Positions 23,601 to 34,124 of a stretch of 64,000 bases of DNA are shown one piece after another. The stretch spans positions 2,356,001 through 2,420,000 of the forward strand of contig CATNEN010000005.1 of the NCBI GenBank assembly GCA_950097015.1. Direction: 5' to 3'. The stretch comes from Macrostomum hystrix. Taxonomy: Eukaryota > Animalia > Platyhelminthes. Below the pieces are notes generated by a model. The model saw only the letters and a program-made list of their open reading frames with translations, was not told where the DNA came from and ran no database searches. The position numbers and the translations under genes are program-made. Each line of letters starts with the position of its first letter. The stretch's first letter is position 1.

Positions 23601-25230
23601 ATTTCTCTTTTTCTTATAACAGTTTGCAGACGACAAAATGTTGGTAAGTATATGCTTCAGTTAAGTCATTCTAGATGAATGCAAAATGAAAAAAGTTTTC
23701 AGAATTTTTTTTCATGGTTCAATAATCGTTGGTTAAAGCGTTTATTATTGTTAAAAACAGATTGTAAAGCACAAAGTTTCTTACACTGTACAGAAAAAAA
23801 GTTCAATTTTATTTTTAACTAAAAAACTAACGATACTACTAATTTATATGCAAAACAAGTAGGATGTTTAGCGTATCAGTTCGGGTAAGATTTTATTGAA
23901 GCCGGTATATTGTTTAGAAAAACAGTGGTGTAAGAGCGGTGAACTGTTTTTTCGGATTTGTTTTAACTGAAGAATTTGAAAATTAGATGTACAGTTACCA
24001 TTGTTCTACTGATGTTGTGTAAATTGATACAGTTATACTGAAGCAACTAAAAATACTAAAACACTCAAACATTCAAACGAGAACACTTTCAATCCACATG
24101 AAAAGACGGCTGTAAAATAACATTGAGTCGGAAAATTTTTAACCATTTCTCCAATAATTGCTTCTTTTAATGTTTCACCTAAAAGGATAATTCTTGGAAA
24201 ATTATCCTATTTTCCAAACGGCAATTATCCTTTTGGCAATTATCTTCTATTTTGGGATAATTATCCTCTTGGTAGACAAGTTGTCTTATTTTGGGATAAT
24301 TCTCCTCTTGGTAGACATGTTGTCTTACTTTGGGATAATTGTCCTCTTGGTAGACAACTTGTCTTCTTTTGGGATAATTATCCTCTTTGTAGACAACTTG
24401 TCTTCTTTTGGGATAATTATCCTCTTTGTAGACAACTTGTCTTCTTTTGGGATGATTATCCTCTTTGCAGACAACTTGTCTTCTTTTGGGATAATTATCC
24501 TCTTTGTAGACAATTTGTCTTCTTTTGGGATAATTATCCTCTTTGTAGACAAGTTGTCTTCTTTTAGGATAATTATCCTATCATATCGCATTTAAATTCA
24601 TTATCCAGGTATGCTAAAAATTTATCCTTTCACATATTCCCCCCTAATCTGGCTTCAATTTTCCAGCTAGAAGACAAGCTTGACGTCGTTCAAACCGAAC
24701 TGCTTCTAACCAAACAGATGCTTACAGAAAAAGACGACGAAGCATTGAAGCTAGCCGAGAACAATGCCCGCCTAAAAGACATGGTTCGCGAGCTAACCAG
24801 CGACTGTGATAAGCGGGCCAACATTATTGAAGAATATAAACAGATCGTGAGTAGGCTCAGCGATCGTCTGCACTCGCAGGATCAGCAGCAGGTGGTGAGA
24901 TCAGCGCCCCCCACAACTGCTACTAATAGTAGCAGCAGCGACTATTCCGAACTAGAAGTGGAACTAGCCAAGACTAAACTGGCCCTAGTCGAAGCCGAAT
25001 GCCGTTGTCAAGCACTCGAGCATCAGGTGAATAGTTTGAAGATCAGCCAGCAGAGATCTGGCAATAGCAGCGGTGGCGGCGGTGGCGGTTTGTCTCAGCG
25101 GCTTACCAAGGCTGTTAGTAATTTTGCCAATAAGGCTACATCTTCTTCTAGCGGAGGTCAGCAGCAGCAGCAGCAGCTAATGACTCCTTCAGTATCCGAG
25201 CAGTGTTTAAGCAATCAGTTGAGTCTGTAA
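11446..25230 (+). CDS. RABGAP1: Rab GTPase-activating protein 1-like (RABGAP1/RABGAP1L/TBC-11 family), 9 exons, ~1015 aa
   Basis: join(11446..11684,15589..16161,17212..17389,17841..18115,19575..20018,20581..20701,20794..21221,22549..22774,24667..25230). GT-AG introns with consistent phases; N-terminus MDDVSSIGSTSTADEFCVVS; PTB domain, kinesin-like (DUF3694) region, TBC with IARDISRTY and YCQGMSFL catalytic fingers, C-terminal coiled coil (ELAKTKLALVEAECRCQALEHQ). Confidence 0.93.
11770..15370. repeat. Intronic minisatellite, 24-bp unit TTCTCCCAGATCCTCAGTTT(G/C)TCA, ~150 copies (RABGAP1 intron 1)
   Basis: Direct copies; lies between homology-supported exons. Confidence 0.97.
15589..16161 (+). 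CDS. RABGAP1: RABGAP1-like exon 2 (PTB/PID domain)
   Basis: LYLGSVSV...GYVRIVD...RFAFTVSE...AQAFR; donor AG|GTGAGT; acceptor ambiguous (15587 vs phase-compatible 15589). Confidence 0.85.
16181..17130. repeat. Intronic minisatellite, 39-bp unit GAGAGGTCATTGACCCCGCATCTGACAACAGGAAGAGTA, ~24 copies (intron 2)
   Basis: Direct copies starting ~20 nt after the donor. Confidence 0.97.
17212..17389 (+). CDS. RABGAP1: RABGAP1-like exon 3
   Basis: Acceptor TTTCAAAACAG|, donor AAA|GTAAGC; DIQEQDAKGAWNSVPLDDKYDFK. Confidence 0.88.
17475..17755 (-). mobile_element. tRNA-derived SINE with a CORE-like central segment and (ATT)n tail, in RABGAP1 intron 3
   Basis: Reverse complement: GTAGCCTAGTAGTTAGAGCG...GGGGTTCGATTC (A and B boxes), then TTGTCCTTAGCAAAACACTTAACTCCGCATTGCTC (resembles the CORE-SINE domain, from memory), then an ATT-rich tail at ~17475-17507. 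Confidence 0.75.
17841..18115 (+). CDS. RABGAP1: RABGAP1-like exon 4 (kinesin-like/DUF3694 region)
   Basis: VRQSHSKRLHLTVQQ...ISRCFGLLL...CVDLVLEAISDPLRL; acceptor TTGACAG|, donor AA|GTGAGT. Confidence 0.9.
18290..19410. repeat. Intronic minisatellite, 59-bp unit TTCAGTTTTATCCCTAGGAAATCCTCAGCTACAAGATTAGAGGGATTATAGTGCGTGTG (intron 4)
   Basis: Near-identical central copies with degenerate edges. Confidence 0.96.
19575..20018 (+). CDS. RABGAP1: RABGAP1-like exon 5 (start of TBC domain)
   Basis: RVYRPDERFW...DNDPLPSGSGQVSKE...VRRGVPESLRPKVWSLL; donor AG|GTTAGT. Confidence 0.92.
20105..20545. repeat. Intronic minisatellite, ~33-bp unit TTTTGATTGGTTGAGATCTTTATTCTAGATGGA (intron 5)
   Basis: About 13 moderately diverged copies. 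Confidence 0.92.
20581..20701 (+). CDS. RABGAP1: RABGAP1-like exon 6 (TBC arginine finger)
   Basis: RDISRTY...LSKAYALYDPAVGYCQ; acceptor TCGCAG|, donor CAG|GTAATG. Confidence 0.93.
20794..21221 (+). CDS. RABGAP1: RABGAP1-like exon 7 (TBC core)
   Basis: GMSFLGAALLLQLPEEEAF...HMYASQWFLTLFTSKFPL...YFRVSLPKAYR; donor AG|GTGAGT. Confidence 0.95.
21283..22285. repeat. Intronic minisatellite, 24-bp unit GCTAATTATGGATGGGGAGAAGTT, ~42 copies (intron 7)
   Basis: Direct copies; explains ORF 21209..22465. Confidence 0.96.
22549..22774 (+). CDS. RABGAP1: RABGAP1-like exon 8 (coiled coil)
   Basis: ISAKRLEKLSREF...MRLQEENDCLARELL; donor GTGAGA at 22775 or in-frame GTTTAG at 22781. Confidence 0.88.
22860..23360. 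repeat. Intronic minisatellite, 21-bp unit GAGATTTCCAGTTGGATGGGT (intron 8)
   Basis: Direct copies. Confidence 0.94.
24225..24580. repeat. Intronic minisatellite, 39-bp unit GGGATAATTATCCTCTTTGTAGACAACTTGTCTTCTTTT (intron 8)
   Basis: About 9 direct copies; each unit holds two palindromes. Confidence 0.93.
24667..25230 (+). CDS. RABGAP1: RABGAP1-like exon 9 (terminal)
   Basis: LEDKLDVVQTELLLTKQ...IIEEYKQIVSRLS...ELAKTKLALVEAEC; stop TAA 25228-25230. Confidence 0.92.
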   Translation, partial: LEDKLDVVQTELLLTKQMLTEKDDEALKLAENNARLKDMVRELTSDCDKRANIIEEYKQIVSRLSDRLHSQDQQQVVRSAPPTTATNSSSSDYSELEVELAKTKLALVEAECRCQALEHQVNSLKISQQRSGNSSGGGGGGLSQRLTKAVSNFANKATSSSSGGQQQQQQLMTPSVSEQCLSNQLSL

Positions 25231-25424
25231 TATATAAATAAACTATTGATAATTGCTGATTTAACTGTGTTTCAAAAGCTGCGGAAGAAACTGAGTACAA
25301 TGTTTTAATTAATGCAATTTCTGTTCAATATTTCTTAATTACTTTCTTTGCTTTGTTCAACATTAAAAGTTTATTTATGTTTTTTACTAATTTGTCTGTG
25401 CAAAGGGCGATGCTTAGAGCTGTC

Positions 25425-25935
25425 ATGGATTGGGACTGAGCTGTCAGAGATAGGGAATGAGGTGTCAGAGATTAAGACTGAGGTGTCAGAGATTGAGACT
25501 GAGGTGTCAGAGATTGAGACTGACGTGTCAGAGATTGAGACTGACGTGTCAGAGATAGGGACTGAGGTGTCAGAGATTGAGACTGAGGTGTCAGAGATTG
25601 AGACTGAGGTGTCAGAGATTGAGACTGAGGTGTCAGAGATAGGGACTGAGGTGTCAGAGATTGAGACTGAGGTGTCAGAGATTGAGACTGAGGTGTCAGA
25701 GATTGGGACTAAGAGGTCAGAGATTGGGATTGAGGTGTCAAAGATTGGCACTTAGGTGTCGGAGATAGGGACTGAGGTGTCAGAGATTTGGATTGATGTG
25801 TCAGAGATAGGGACTGAGGTGTCAGAGATTTGGATTGATGTGTCAGAGATAGGGACTGAGGTGTCAGAGATTTGGATTGATGTGTCGGAGATAGGGACTG
25901 AGGTGTCAGAGATTGGGATTAAGGTGTCAGATAAA
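25425..25935. repeat. Tandem repeat, 21-bp unit GAGATTGAGACTGAGGTGTCA, just 3' of the RABGAP1 stop
   Basis: About 24 direct copies; probably 3' UTR or downstream. Confidence 0.94.
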
Positions 25936-27120
25936 TTTTCTGATGTGAAATTAAACTTAACAATCATACAAACTAAAATACCTTTGCACCAATATTTAGC
26001 GGAAAGATATATTTATATATAAATAAATATTTATGAATAAAAAAAAATTTTTTTCTGGCTATTTACCTTAGTCTGTATTATCGAGTTTTATATTTGGATT
26101 ACTTCGCTAAATTTAGTTCATTTCTTTTTTATATAAAGTGTAAGAAAACTAGTTTATTGTAGTCAACATTATCCAATTTATTGGTTTCCATACAATTTAA
26201 TTTTTTATCTTTGGGAAAAAGATAATTTACAAAAGTGTAAAGAAAAGGTAATAAATATTCGTGTTATTTGTTTTGTTTCCATAGAGACTTTATAAATAGA
26301 TAAATATTTCTGTACGTATTAATAAAATAGTTTCTTTAGAGCTTTATTTTCGTCCTTTTTCGATTTTGAAACAGTAAAATCTAGATTTGACTATAAACAC
26401 TTAAGGATTTAATTGAAATAATTTGTAATGATTTTTTTATTTCAGAAATTGATTTAGATATCAGTTATTTAAACAAAATTTAGGCTTACATATTTTATTA
26501 TCGGAATCTAGATTTTATTGATTGTTAACCTAGCTGAAGTGTGCTTTTGTTACAGTCACTGTAAAATTCGTCGCTATTTTCTTATATTTCTACTGTCAGT
26601 AGTTAAGCGTGAGTCATTTGCACCTCATCAAATAATAAAGTAATCTATATTTTTTCTCTCGCGCGCACTCACTCTGTGATTTTGTATGGTTTTCATTTAT
26701 TTGTCGAGAAACGCATTGTCAATCTTTAACCCAGTCCTTTTATATATATTGCTCTTCATTTATTTAATTAGTAAACAATTAAATTCTAGCAAAACGTTTA
26801 AAGTCCTGGCGCGGATGCATGTGTTTTAAGTAATTCCACAATTCTATTTTGCCATTTCTTTATATATCGATCCGTTTGTCGTTTGTCGAAATTTTTATTG
26901 CAAAAGTAAGCTCCGATATCAAGCTATGGTTATGATTCAGCTTGCCGACATCAATAAATGATTAATTCGATTATTTGTTTTACTAATATTTAGATTTTTG
27001 TGCTACCAAAATTCAGTTATTGATTATTTTGTTCCTTGTCTTATTATCTGCTTGCAAATACTATCAAACTACATATCATACTACACTCAGATTGAATCTA
27101 TAATCATTCCGGATACTCAC

Positions 27121-29810
27121 GTTCGATCTGAACCTCCCTGACTCCTCAAATTAGGATCTGAACCTCCCTGACTCCTCAAATTAGGATCTGAACCTCCTTG
27201 ACTCCTCAAATTAGGATCTGAACCTCCCTGACTCCTCAAATTAGGGTCTGAACCTCCCTGACTCCTCAAATTAGGGTCTGAACCTCCCTGACTCCTCAAA
27301 TTAGGATCTGAACCTCCCTGACTCCTCAAATTAGGGTCTGAACCTCCCTGACTCCTCAAATTAGGGTCTGAACCTCCCTGACTCCTCAAATTAGGATCTG
27401 AACCTCCTTGACTCCTCAAATTAGGATCTGAACCTCCCTGACTCCTCAAATTAGGGTCTGAACCTCCCTGACTCCTCAAATTAGGGTCTGAACCTCCCTG
27501 ACTCCTCAAATTAGGATCTGAACCTCCTTGACTCCTCAAATTAGGATCTGAACCTCCCTGACTCCTCAAATTAGGGTCTGAACCTCCCTGACTCCTCAAA
27601 TTAGGGTCTGAACCTCCCTGACTCCTCAAATTAGGATCTGAACCTCCCTGACTCCTCAAATTAGGGTCTGAACCTCCCTGACTCCTCAAATTAGGGTCTG
27701 AGCCTCCCTGACTCCTCAAATAAGGATCTGAACCTCCCTGACTCCTCAAATTAGGGTCTGAACCTCCCTGACTCCTCAAATTAGGATCTGAACCTCCCTG
27801 ACTCCTCAAATTAGGATCTGAACCTCCTTGACTCCTCAAATTAGGATCTGAACCTCCCTGACTCCTCAAATTAGGGTCTGAACCTCCCTGACTCCTCAAA
27901 TTAGGGTCTGAACCTCCCTGACTCCTCAAATTAGGGTCTGAACCTCCCTGACTCCTCAAATTAGGGTCTGAACCTCCCTGACTCCTCAAATTAGGATCTG
28001 AACCTCCTTGACTCCTCAAATTAGGATCTGAACCTCCCTGACTCCTCAAATTAGGGTCTGAACCTCCCTGACTCCTCAAATTAGGATCTGAACCTCCCTG
28101 ACTCCTCAAATTAGGGTCTGAACCTCCCTGACTCCTCAAATTAGGATCTGAGCCTCCCTGACTCCTCAAATTAGGGTCTGAACCTCCCTGACTCCTCAAA
28201 TTAGGATCTGAGCCTCCCTGACTCCTCAAATAAGGATCTGAACCTCCCTGACTCCTCAAATTAGGGTCTGAACCTCCCTGACTCCTCAAATTAGGATCTG
28301 AACCTCCCTGACTCCTCAAATTAGGATCTGAACCTCCTTGACTCCTCAAATTAGGATCTGAACCTCCCTGACTCCTCAAATTAGGGTCTGAACCTCCCTG
28401 ACTCCTCAAATTAGGGTCTGAACCTCCCTGACTCCTCAAATTAGGATCTGAGCCTCCCTGACTCCTCAAATAAGGATCTGAACCTCCCTGACTCCTCAAA
28501 TTAGGGTCTGAACCTCCCTGACTCCTCAAATTAGGATCTGAACCTCCCTGACTCCTCAAATTAGGATCTGAACCTCCCTGACTCCTCAAATTAGGATCTG
28601 AACCTCCCTGACTCCTCGAATTAGGATCTGAACCTCCCTGACTCCTCAAATTAGGATCTGAACCTCCCTGACTCCTCAAATTAGGATCTGAACCTCCCTG
28701 ACTCCTCAAATTAGGGTCTGAACCTCCCTGACTCCTCAAATTAGGATCTGAACCTCCCTGACTCCTCAAATTAGGATCTGAACCTCCCTGACTCCTCAAA
28801 TTAGGGTCTGAACCTCCCTGACTCCTCAAATTAGGGTCTGAACCTCCCTGACTCCTCAAATTAGGATCTGAGCCTCCCTGACTCCTCAAATAAGGATCTG
28901 AACCTCCCTGACTCCTCAAATTAGGGTCTGAACCTCCCTGACTCCTCAAATTAGGATCTGAACCTCCCTGACTCCTCAAATTAGGATCTGAACCTCCCTG
29001 ACTCCTCAAATTAGGATCTGAACCTCCCTGACTCCTCGAATTAGGATCTGAACCTCCCTGACTCCTCAAATTAGGATCTGAACCTCCCTGACTCCTCAAA
29101 TTAGGATCTGAACCTCCCTGACTCCTCAAATTAGGGTCTGAACCTCCCTGACTCCTCAAATTAGGATCTGAACCTCCCTGACTCCTCAAATTAGGATCTG
29201 AACCTCCCTGACTCCTCAAATTAGGGTCTGAACCTCCCTGACTCCTCAAATTAGGATCTGAACCTCCCTGACTCCTCAAATTAGGGTCTGAACCTCCCTG
29301 ACTCCTCAAATAAGGATCTGAACCTCCCTGACTCCTCAAATTAGGGTCTGAACCTCCCTGACTCCTCAAATTAGGATCTGAACCTCCCTGACTCCTCAAA
29401 TTAGGATCTGAACCTCCCTGACTCCTCGAATTAGGATCTGAACCTCCCTGACTCCTCAAATTAGGATCTGAACCTCCCTGACTCCTCAAATTAGGGTCTG
29501 AACCTCCCTGACTCCTCAAATTAGGATCTGAACCTCCCTGACTCCTCAAATTAGGGTCTGAACCTCCCTGACTCCTCAAATTAGGATCTGAACCTCCCTG
29601 ACTCCTCAAATTAGGATCTGAACCTCCCTGACTCCTCAAATTAGGATCCGAACCTCCCTGACTCCTCAAATTAGGGTCTGAACCTCCCTGACTCCTCAAA
29701 TTAGGATCTGAACCTCCCTGACTCCTCAAATTAGGGTCTGAACCTCCCTGACTCCTCAAATTAGGATCTGAACCTCCCTGACTCCTCAAATTAGGATCTG
29801 AACCTCCCCG
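27121..29810. repeat. Highly homogeneous tandem array, 30-bp unit TTAGGATCTGAACCTCCCTGACTCCTCAAA, ~89 copies; possibly a coding exon on the minus strand
   Basis: No indels across ~2.7 kb; only six substitution types seen; one open frame (minus, RSQGGSDPNL). Confidence 0.97.
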
Positions 29811-30599
29811 CTAAAAAATAGTGATGTTTCTTTGGGTGATTCCAGTTGGAATATGCGGTGTTTCCAGAAAAAGAAACAGCCGAACGCTGGAAACATACCA
29901 ATCGGATGATTCCATGCTTAGTATCTATCCAACTGGGCGTTTTCTCGGTGCTTCTTGGTGGCGAAATGGAATCACCCAAAGAATCCTCCAGTTCGGAAGA
30001 TTCCATGCTCAGAAACCGCAGAGGAATCGCCCGTAAATAAGTCTCTGGTTGTCCCATGGGCCACTTTTTCGGGTGATTCTTCGGCGGTTTCCGCACAATT
30101 TACGGTTACATCGGCTGCTTCCTGGGTGGTTTCCTTAACTCTTGCGAGATAGGGGGGATTTTGGTAGATTCCACTCCTATTTTGCACAAAAACCCACCGA
30201 AGAAGCAGCCGAATTTTTTACAGGGTCCGCAAAACCTTAATTTTGGAATCTACACCTCAAATCCTCTAATTGGGATCTACATCTCCTAAATCCTCAATTT
30301 ATGATTTACACCTCCTAAAATCCTCTAAATGGTATCTAAATGTGCTCAAAGCGTCAATTTGGAATCTACACTCCCCTAATCCTCAAATTGGGATCTAAAC
30401 GCCCCGAATCCTCCATTTCGGATCTTTACTCCCCATATCCCATATTTTGGGATCTTTACCCTAGTTTAAAATAATCTGACTATTTGGGATCTAATTTGGG
30501 ATTCAGGATCTAAAAATCCCATATCCTCAATTTTGTTATCTTCACATCCCGTGTCATTAATCTGGCCTTAATCCTGAATTTGGGATCTACACTTCCCAT

Positions 30600-32110
30600 A
30601 TCCTCACTGTGAGATCCCGCCTGCTCAAATCCCCAATTTGGGATCTTTCTCCTCCAATATCCTCATTGTGAGATCCCGCCTGCTCAAATCCCCAATTTGG
30701 GATCTTTCTCCTCCAATATCCTCATTGTGAGATCCCGCCTGCTCAAACCCCCAATTTGGGATCTTTCTCCTTCAATATCCTCATTGTGAGATCCCGCCTG
30801 CTCAAATCCCCAATTTGGGATCTTTCTCCTCCAATATCCTCATTGTGAGATCCCGCCTGCTCAAATCCCCAATTTGGGATCTTTCTCCTCCAATATCCTC
30901 ATTGTGAGATCCCGCCTGCTCAAATCCCCAATTTGGGATCTTTCTCCTCCAATATCCTCATTGTGAGATCCCGCCTGCTCAAATCCCCAATTTGGGATCT
31001 TTCTCCTCCAATATCCTCATTGTAGGATCCCGCCTGCTCAAATCCTCAATTTGGGATCTTTCTCCTCCAATATCCTCATTGTGAGATCCCGCCTGCTCAA
31101 ATCCCCAATTTGGGATCTTTCTCCTCCAATATCCTCATTGTGAGATCCCGCCTGCTCAAATCCCCAATTTGGGATCTTTCTCCTCCAATATCCTCATTGT
31201 GAGATCCCGCCTGCTCAAACCCCCAATTTGGGATCTTTCTCCTCCAATATCCTCATTGTGAGATCCCGCCTGCTCAAACCCCCAATTTGGGATCTTTCTC
31301 CTCCAATATCCTCATTGTGAGATCCCGCCTGCTCAAATCCCCAATTTGGGATCTTTCTCCTCCAATATCCTCATTGTGAGATCCCGCCTGCTCAAATCCC
31401 CAATTTGGGATCTTTCTCCTCCAATATCCTCATTGTGAGATCCCGCCTGCTCAAATCCCCAATTTGGGATCTTTCTCCTCCAATATCCTCATTGTGAGAT
31501 CCTGCTTGCTCAAATCCCCAATTTGGGATCTTTCTCCTCCAATATCCTCATTGTAGGATCCCGCCTGCTCAAATCCTCAATTTGGGATCTTTCTCCTCCA
31601 ATATCCTCATTGTGAGATCCCGCCTGCTCAAATCCCCAATTTGGGATCTTTCTCCTCCAATATCCTCATTGTGAGATCCCGCCTGCTCAAATCCCCAATT
31701 TGGGATCTTTCTCCTCCAATATCCTCATTGTGAGATCCCGCCTGCTCAAATCCCCAATTTGGGATCTTTCTCCTCCAATATCCTCATTGTGAGATCCCGC
31801 CTGCTCAAATCCTCAATTTGGGATCTTTCTCCTCCAATATCCTCATTGTGAGATCCCGCCTGCTCAAATCCTCAATTTGGGATCTTTCTCCTCCAATATC
31901 CTCATTGTGAGATCCCGCCTGCTCAAATCCCCAATTTGGGATCTTTCTCCTCCAATATCCTCATTGTGAGATCCCGCCTGCTCAAATCCCCAATTTGGGA
32001 TCTTTCTCCTCCAATATCTTCATTGTGAGATCCCGCCTGCTCAAATCCCCAATTTGGGATCTTTCTCCTCCAATATCCTCATTGTGAGATCCCGCCTGCT
32101 CAAATCCTCA
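30600..32110. repeat. Tandem array, 59-bp unit (29+30 dimer) TCCTCATTGTGAGATCCCGCCTGCTCAAATCCCCAATTTGGGATCTTTCTCCTCCAATA, ~25 copies
   Basis: Direct copies, preceded by degenerate ~30-bp monomer-like copies at ~30235-30600. Confidence 0.96.
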
Positions 32111-32659
32111 ACTTATGCAGCCTCATTCATTTTTGAGGCGGCAACACCAGCCGCCCTCTCGCATCCTTGAAGTTAGGCAGCCACTCAGTCATCAATCTGA
32201 GATCCCCAAAGTTAATCCCTAATTTTCTTGCCGCGAATCTAAAACCGGTTGTTTAATTCCAGCTCTCCTCTTTGACTTTGGGGGGCATTAATTATACAGG
32301 CAGTTATAGGAAAATGGCACCTCAATACACTCCCTTAAAGAAGGGAAGCTGCTTACTTCCCTTACCTGGACCGATATTTAATTAGCGGTTTTCATTCATA
32401 GCGGACCAGTTCTCAATAATGTCTGCTCCCGAGTGCCGATTCCGAACGCGGCCTATAATCATTACACTTATTTTCGCGTGCGCTGCTGTGTATATCGTTA
32501 ACAAATTCTTTCATCAACAACTCGGAGTTGAGAAATATCAATTTGCGGAATTGCTGTGCGCTGAACTTGAGTCCAATTATTAATTCTCACCCGTTATTTA
32601 GACTGCTGCTGAAACTGGCCGCATTTATATCCGGTTGATTAATTAGTTGCAGCTTGAAA

Positions 32660-33520
32660 CTTTCACTTTGCCAGATCCTCAGATGGGATCTTTCACCTTG
32701 CCAGATCCTCAGATGGGATCTTTCACCTTGCCAGATCCTCAGATGGGATCTTTCACCTTGCCAGATCCTCAGATGGGATCTTTCACCTTGCCAGATCCTC
32801 AGATGGGATCTTTCACCTTGCCAGATCCTCAGATGGGATCTTTCACTTTGCCAGATCCTCAGATGGGATCTTTCACCTTGCCAGATCCTCAGATGGGACC
32901 TTTCACCTTGCCAGATCCTCAGATGGGATCTTTCACCTTGCCAGATCCTCAGATGGGATCTCTCACCTTGCCAGATCCTCAGATGGGATCTTTCACCTCG
33001 CCAGATCCTCAGATGGGATCTTTCACCTTGCCAGATCCTCAGATGGGATCTTTCACCTTGCCAGATCCTCAGATGGGATCTTTCACCTTGCCAGATCCTC
33101 AGATGGGATCTTTCACCTTGCCAGATCCTCAGATGGGATCTTTCACCTTGCCAGATCCTCAGATGGGATCTTTCACCTTGCCAGATCCTCAGATGGGATC
33201 TTTCACCTTGCCAGATCCTCAGATGGGATCTTTCACCTTGCCAGATCCTCAGATAGGATCTCTCACCTTGCCAGATCCTCAGATGGGATCTTTCACCTTG
33301 CCAGATCCTCAGATGGGATCTCTCACCTTGCCAGATCCTCAGATGGGATCTTTCACCTTGCCAGATCCTCAGATGGGATCTTTCACCTCGCCAGATCCTC
33401 AGATGGGATCTTTCACCTTGCCCGATCCTCAGATGGGATCTTTCACCTTGCCAGATTCTCAGATGGGATCTCTCACCTTGCCAGATCCTCAGATGGGATC
33501 TTTCACCTTGCCAGATCTCT
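32660..33520. repeat. Tandem array, 30-bp unit CCAGATCCTCAGATGGGATCTTTCACCTTG, ~28 copies
   Basis: Direct copies. Confidence 0.96.
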
Positions 33521-34124
33521 CACCTCGTTAGATCTTGAGGTGAGATTTTCTAATCAGACCTCTTATCTTACTCCTCTCATTTTATGGAGCATCAAATGCT
33601 TCACCAGCTTTTTATTTTTCTAACTTCTCGATTTCATCTTAAGGCGACAAGCGTTTTTCTGCCCTTAATTGATTTTCTTAGTAATCCCGAATGACACGAC
33701 TTAAATCACGCGTCTATTTCTGATTAGGAAATTTTTTTCAACCAAATATCCTCTATGCGAATCCCATCAAATCTATACATGGGGTGGGCCTGACTCAATT
33801 TTTCTCACACTTCAATAACCACACGAGTACACCCTAGCAACAAGCACAAGCAGCTAAAGTTGGAATATTAAATGAACGACCTGGGATCTGTGAGTATCGT
33901 TGGAGTTTCCCAATTGGGATTTGAGACCTGATCAGCAATGATTTATATTCTGTTATAAATCCTCAAGAACCAGCTCCCTGGCTAGCTATTCCCACGTGAC
34001 CATTGTGTCTCATCGAGTCTCTAATTTACCGCCTCCATTTGTTTAATATTGGAGATCTTTGACTGCTGATTTGTTGTTTGTCTCTTCGAATTCTGTTCAA
34101 TTCATTTTGAGATTAACATACAAG

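Noticed and set aside
24590-24666. Recursive splice site or zero-length exon at TTATCCAG|GTATGC (24608/24609)
   Set aside because: An AG|GT juxtaposition is present, but it is only 58 nt from the real acceptor in a short intron; there is no way to support it without RNA data.
29791-30187. Short ORFs between the arrays
   Set aside because: They are explained by the inverted-motif cassette and are out of frame with the adjacent array ORF.
32647-33531. 30-bp array as a coding exon (plus TLPDPQMGSF or minus RIWQGERSHL)
   Set aside because: Variants split evenly between codon positions, and the degenerate flanking copy has an in-frame stop in the minus frame. The minus frame does run on to a GG|GTGAGA donor near 32590, so this is not fully excluded.
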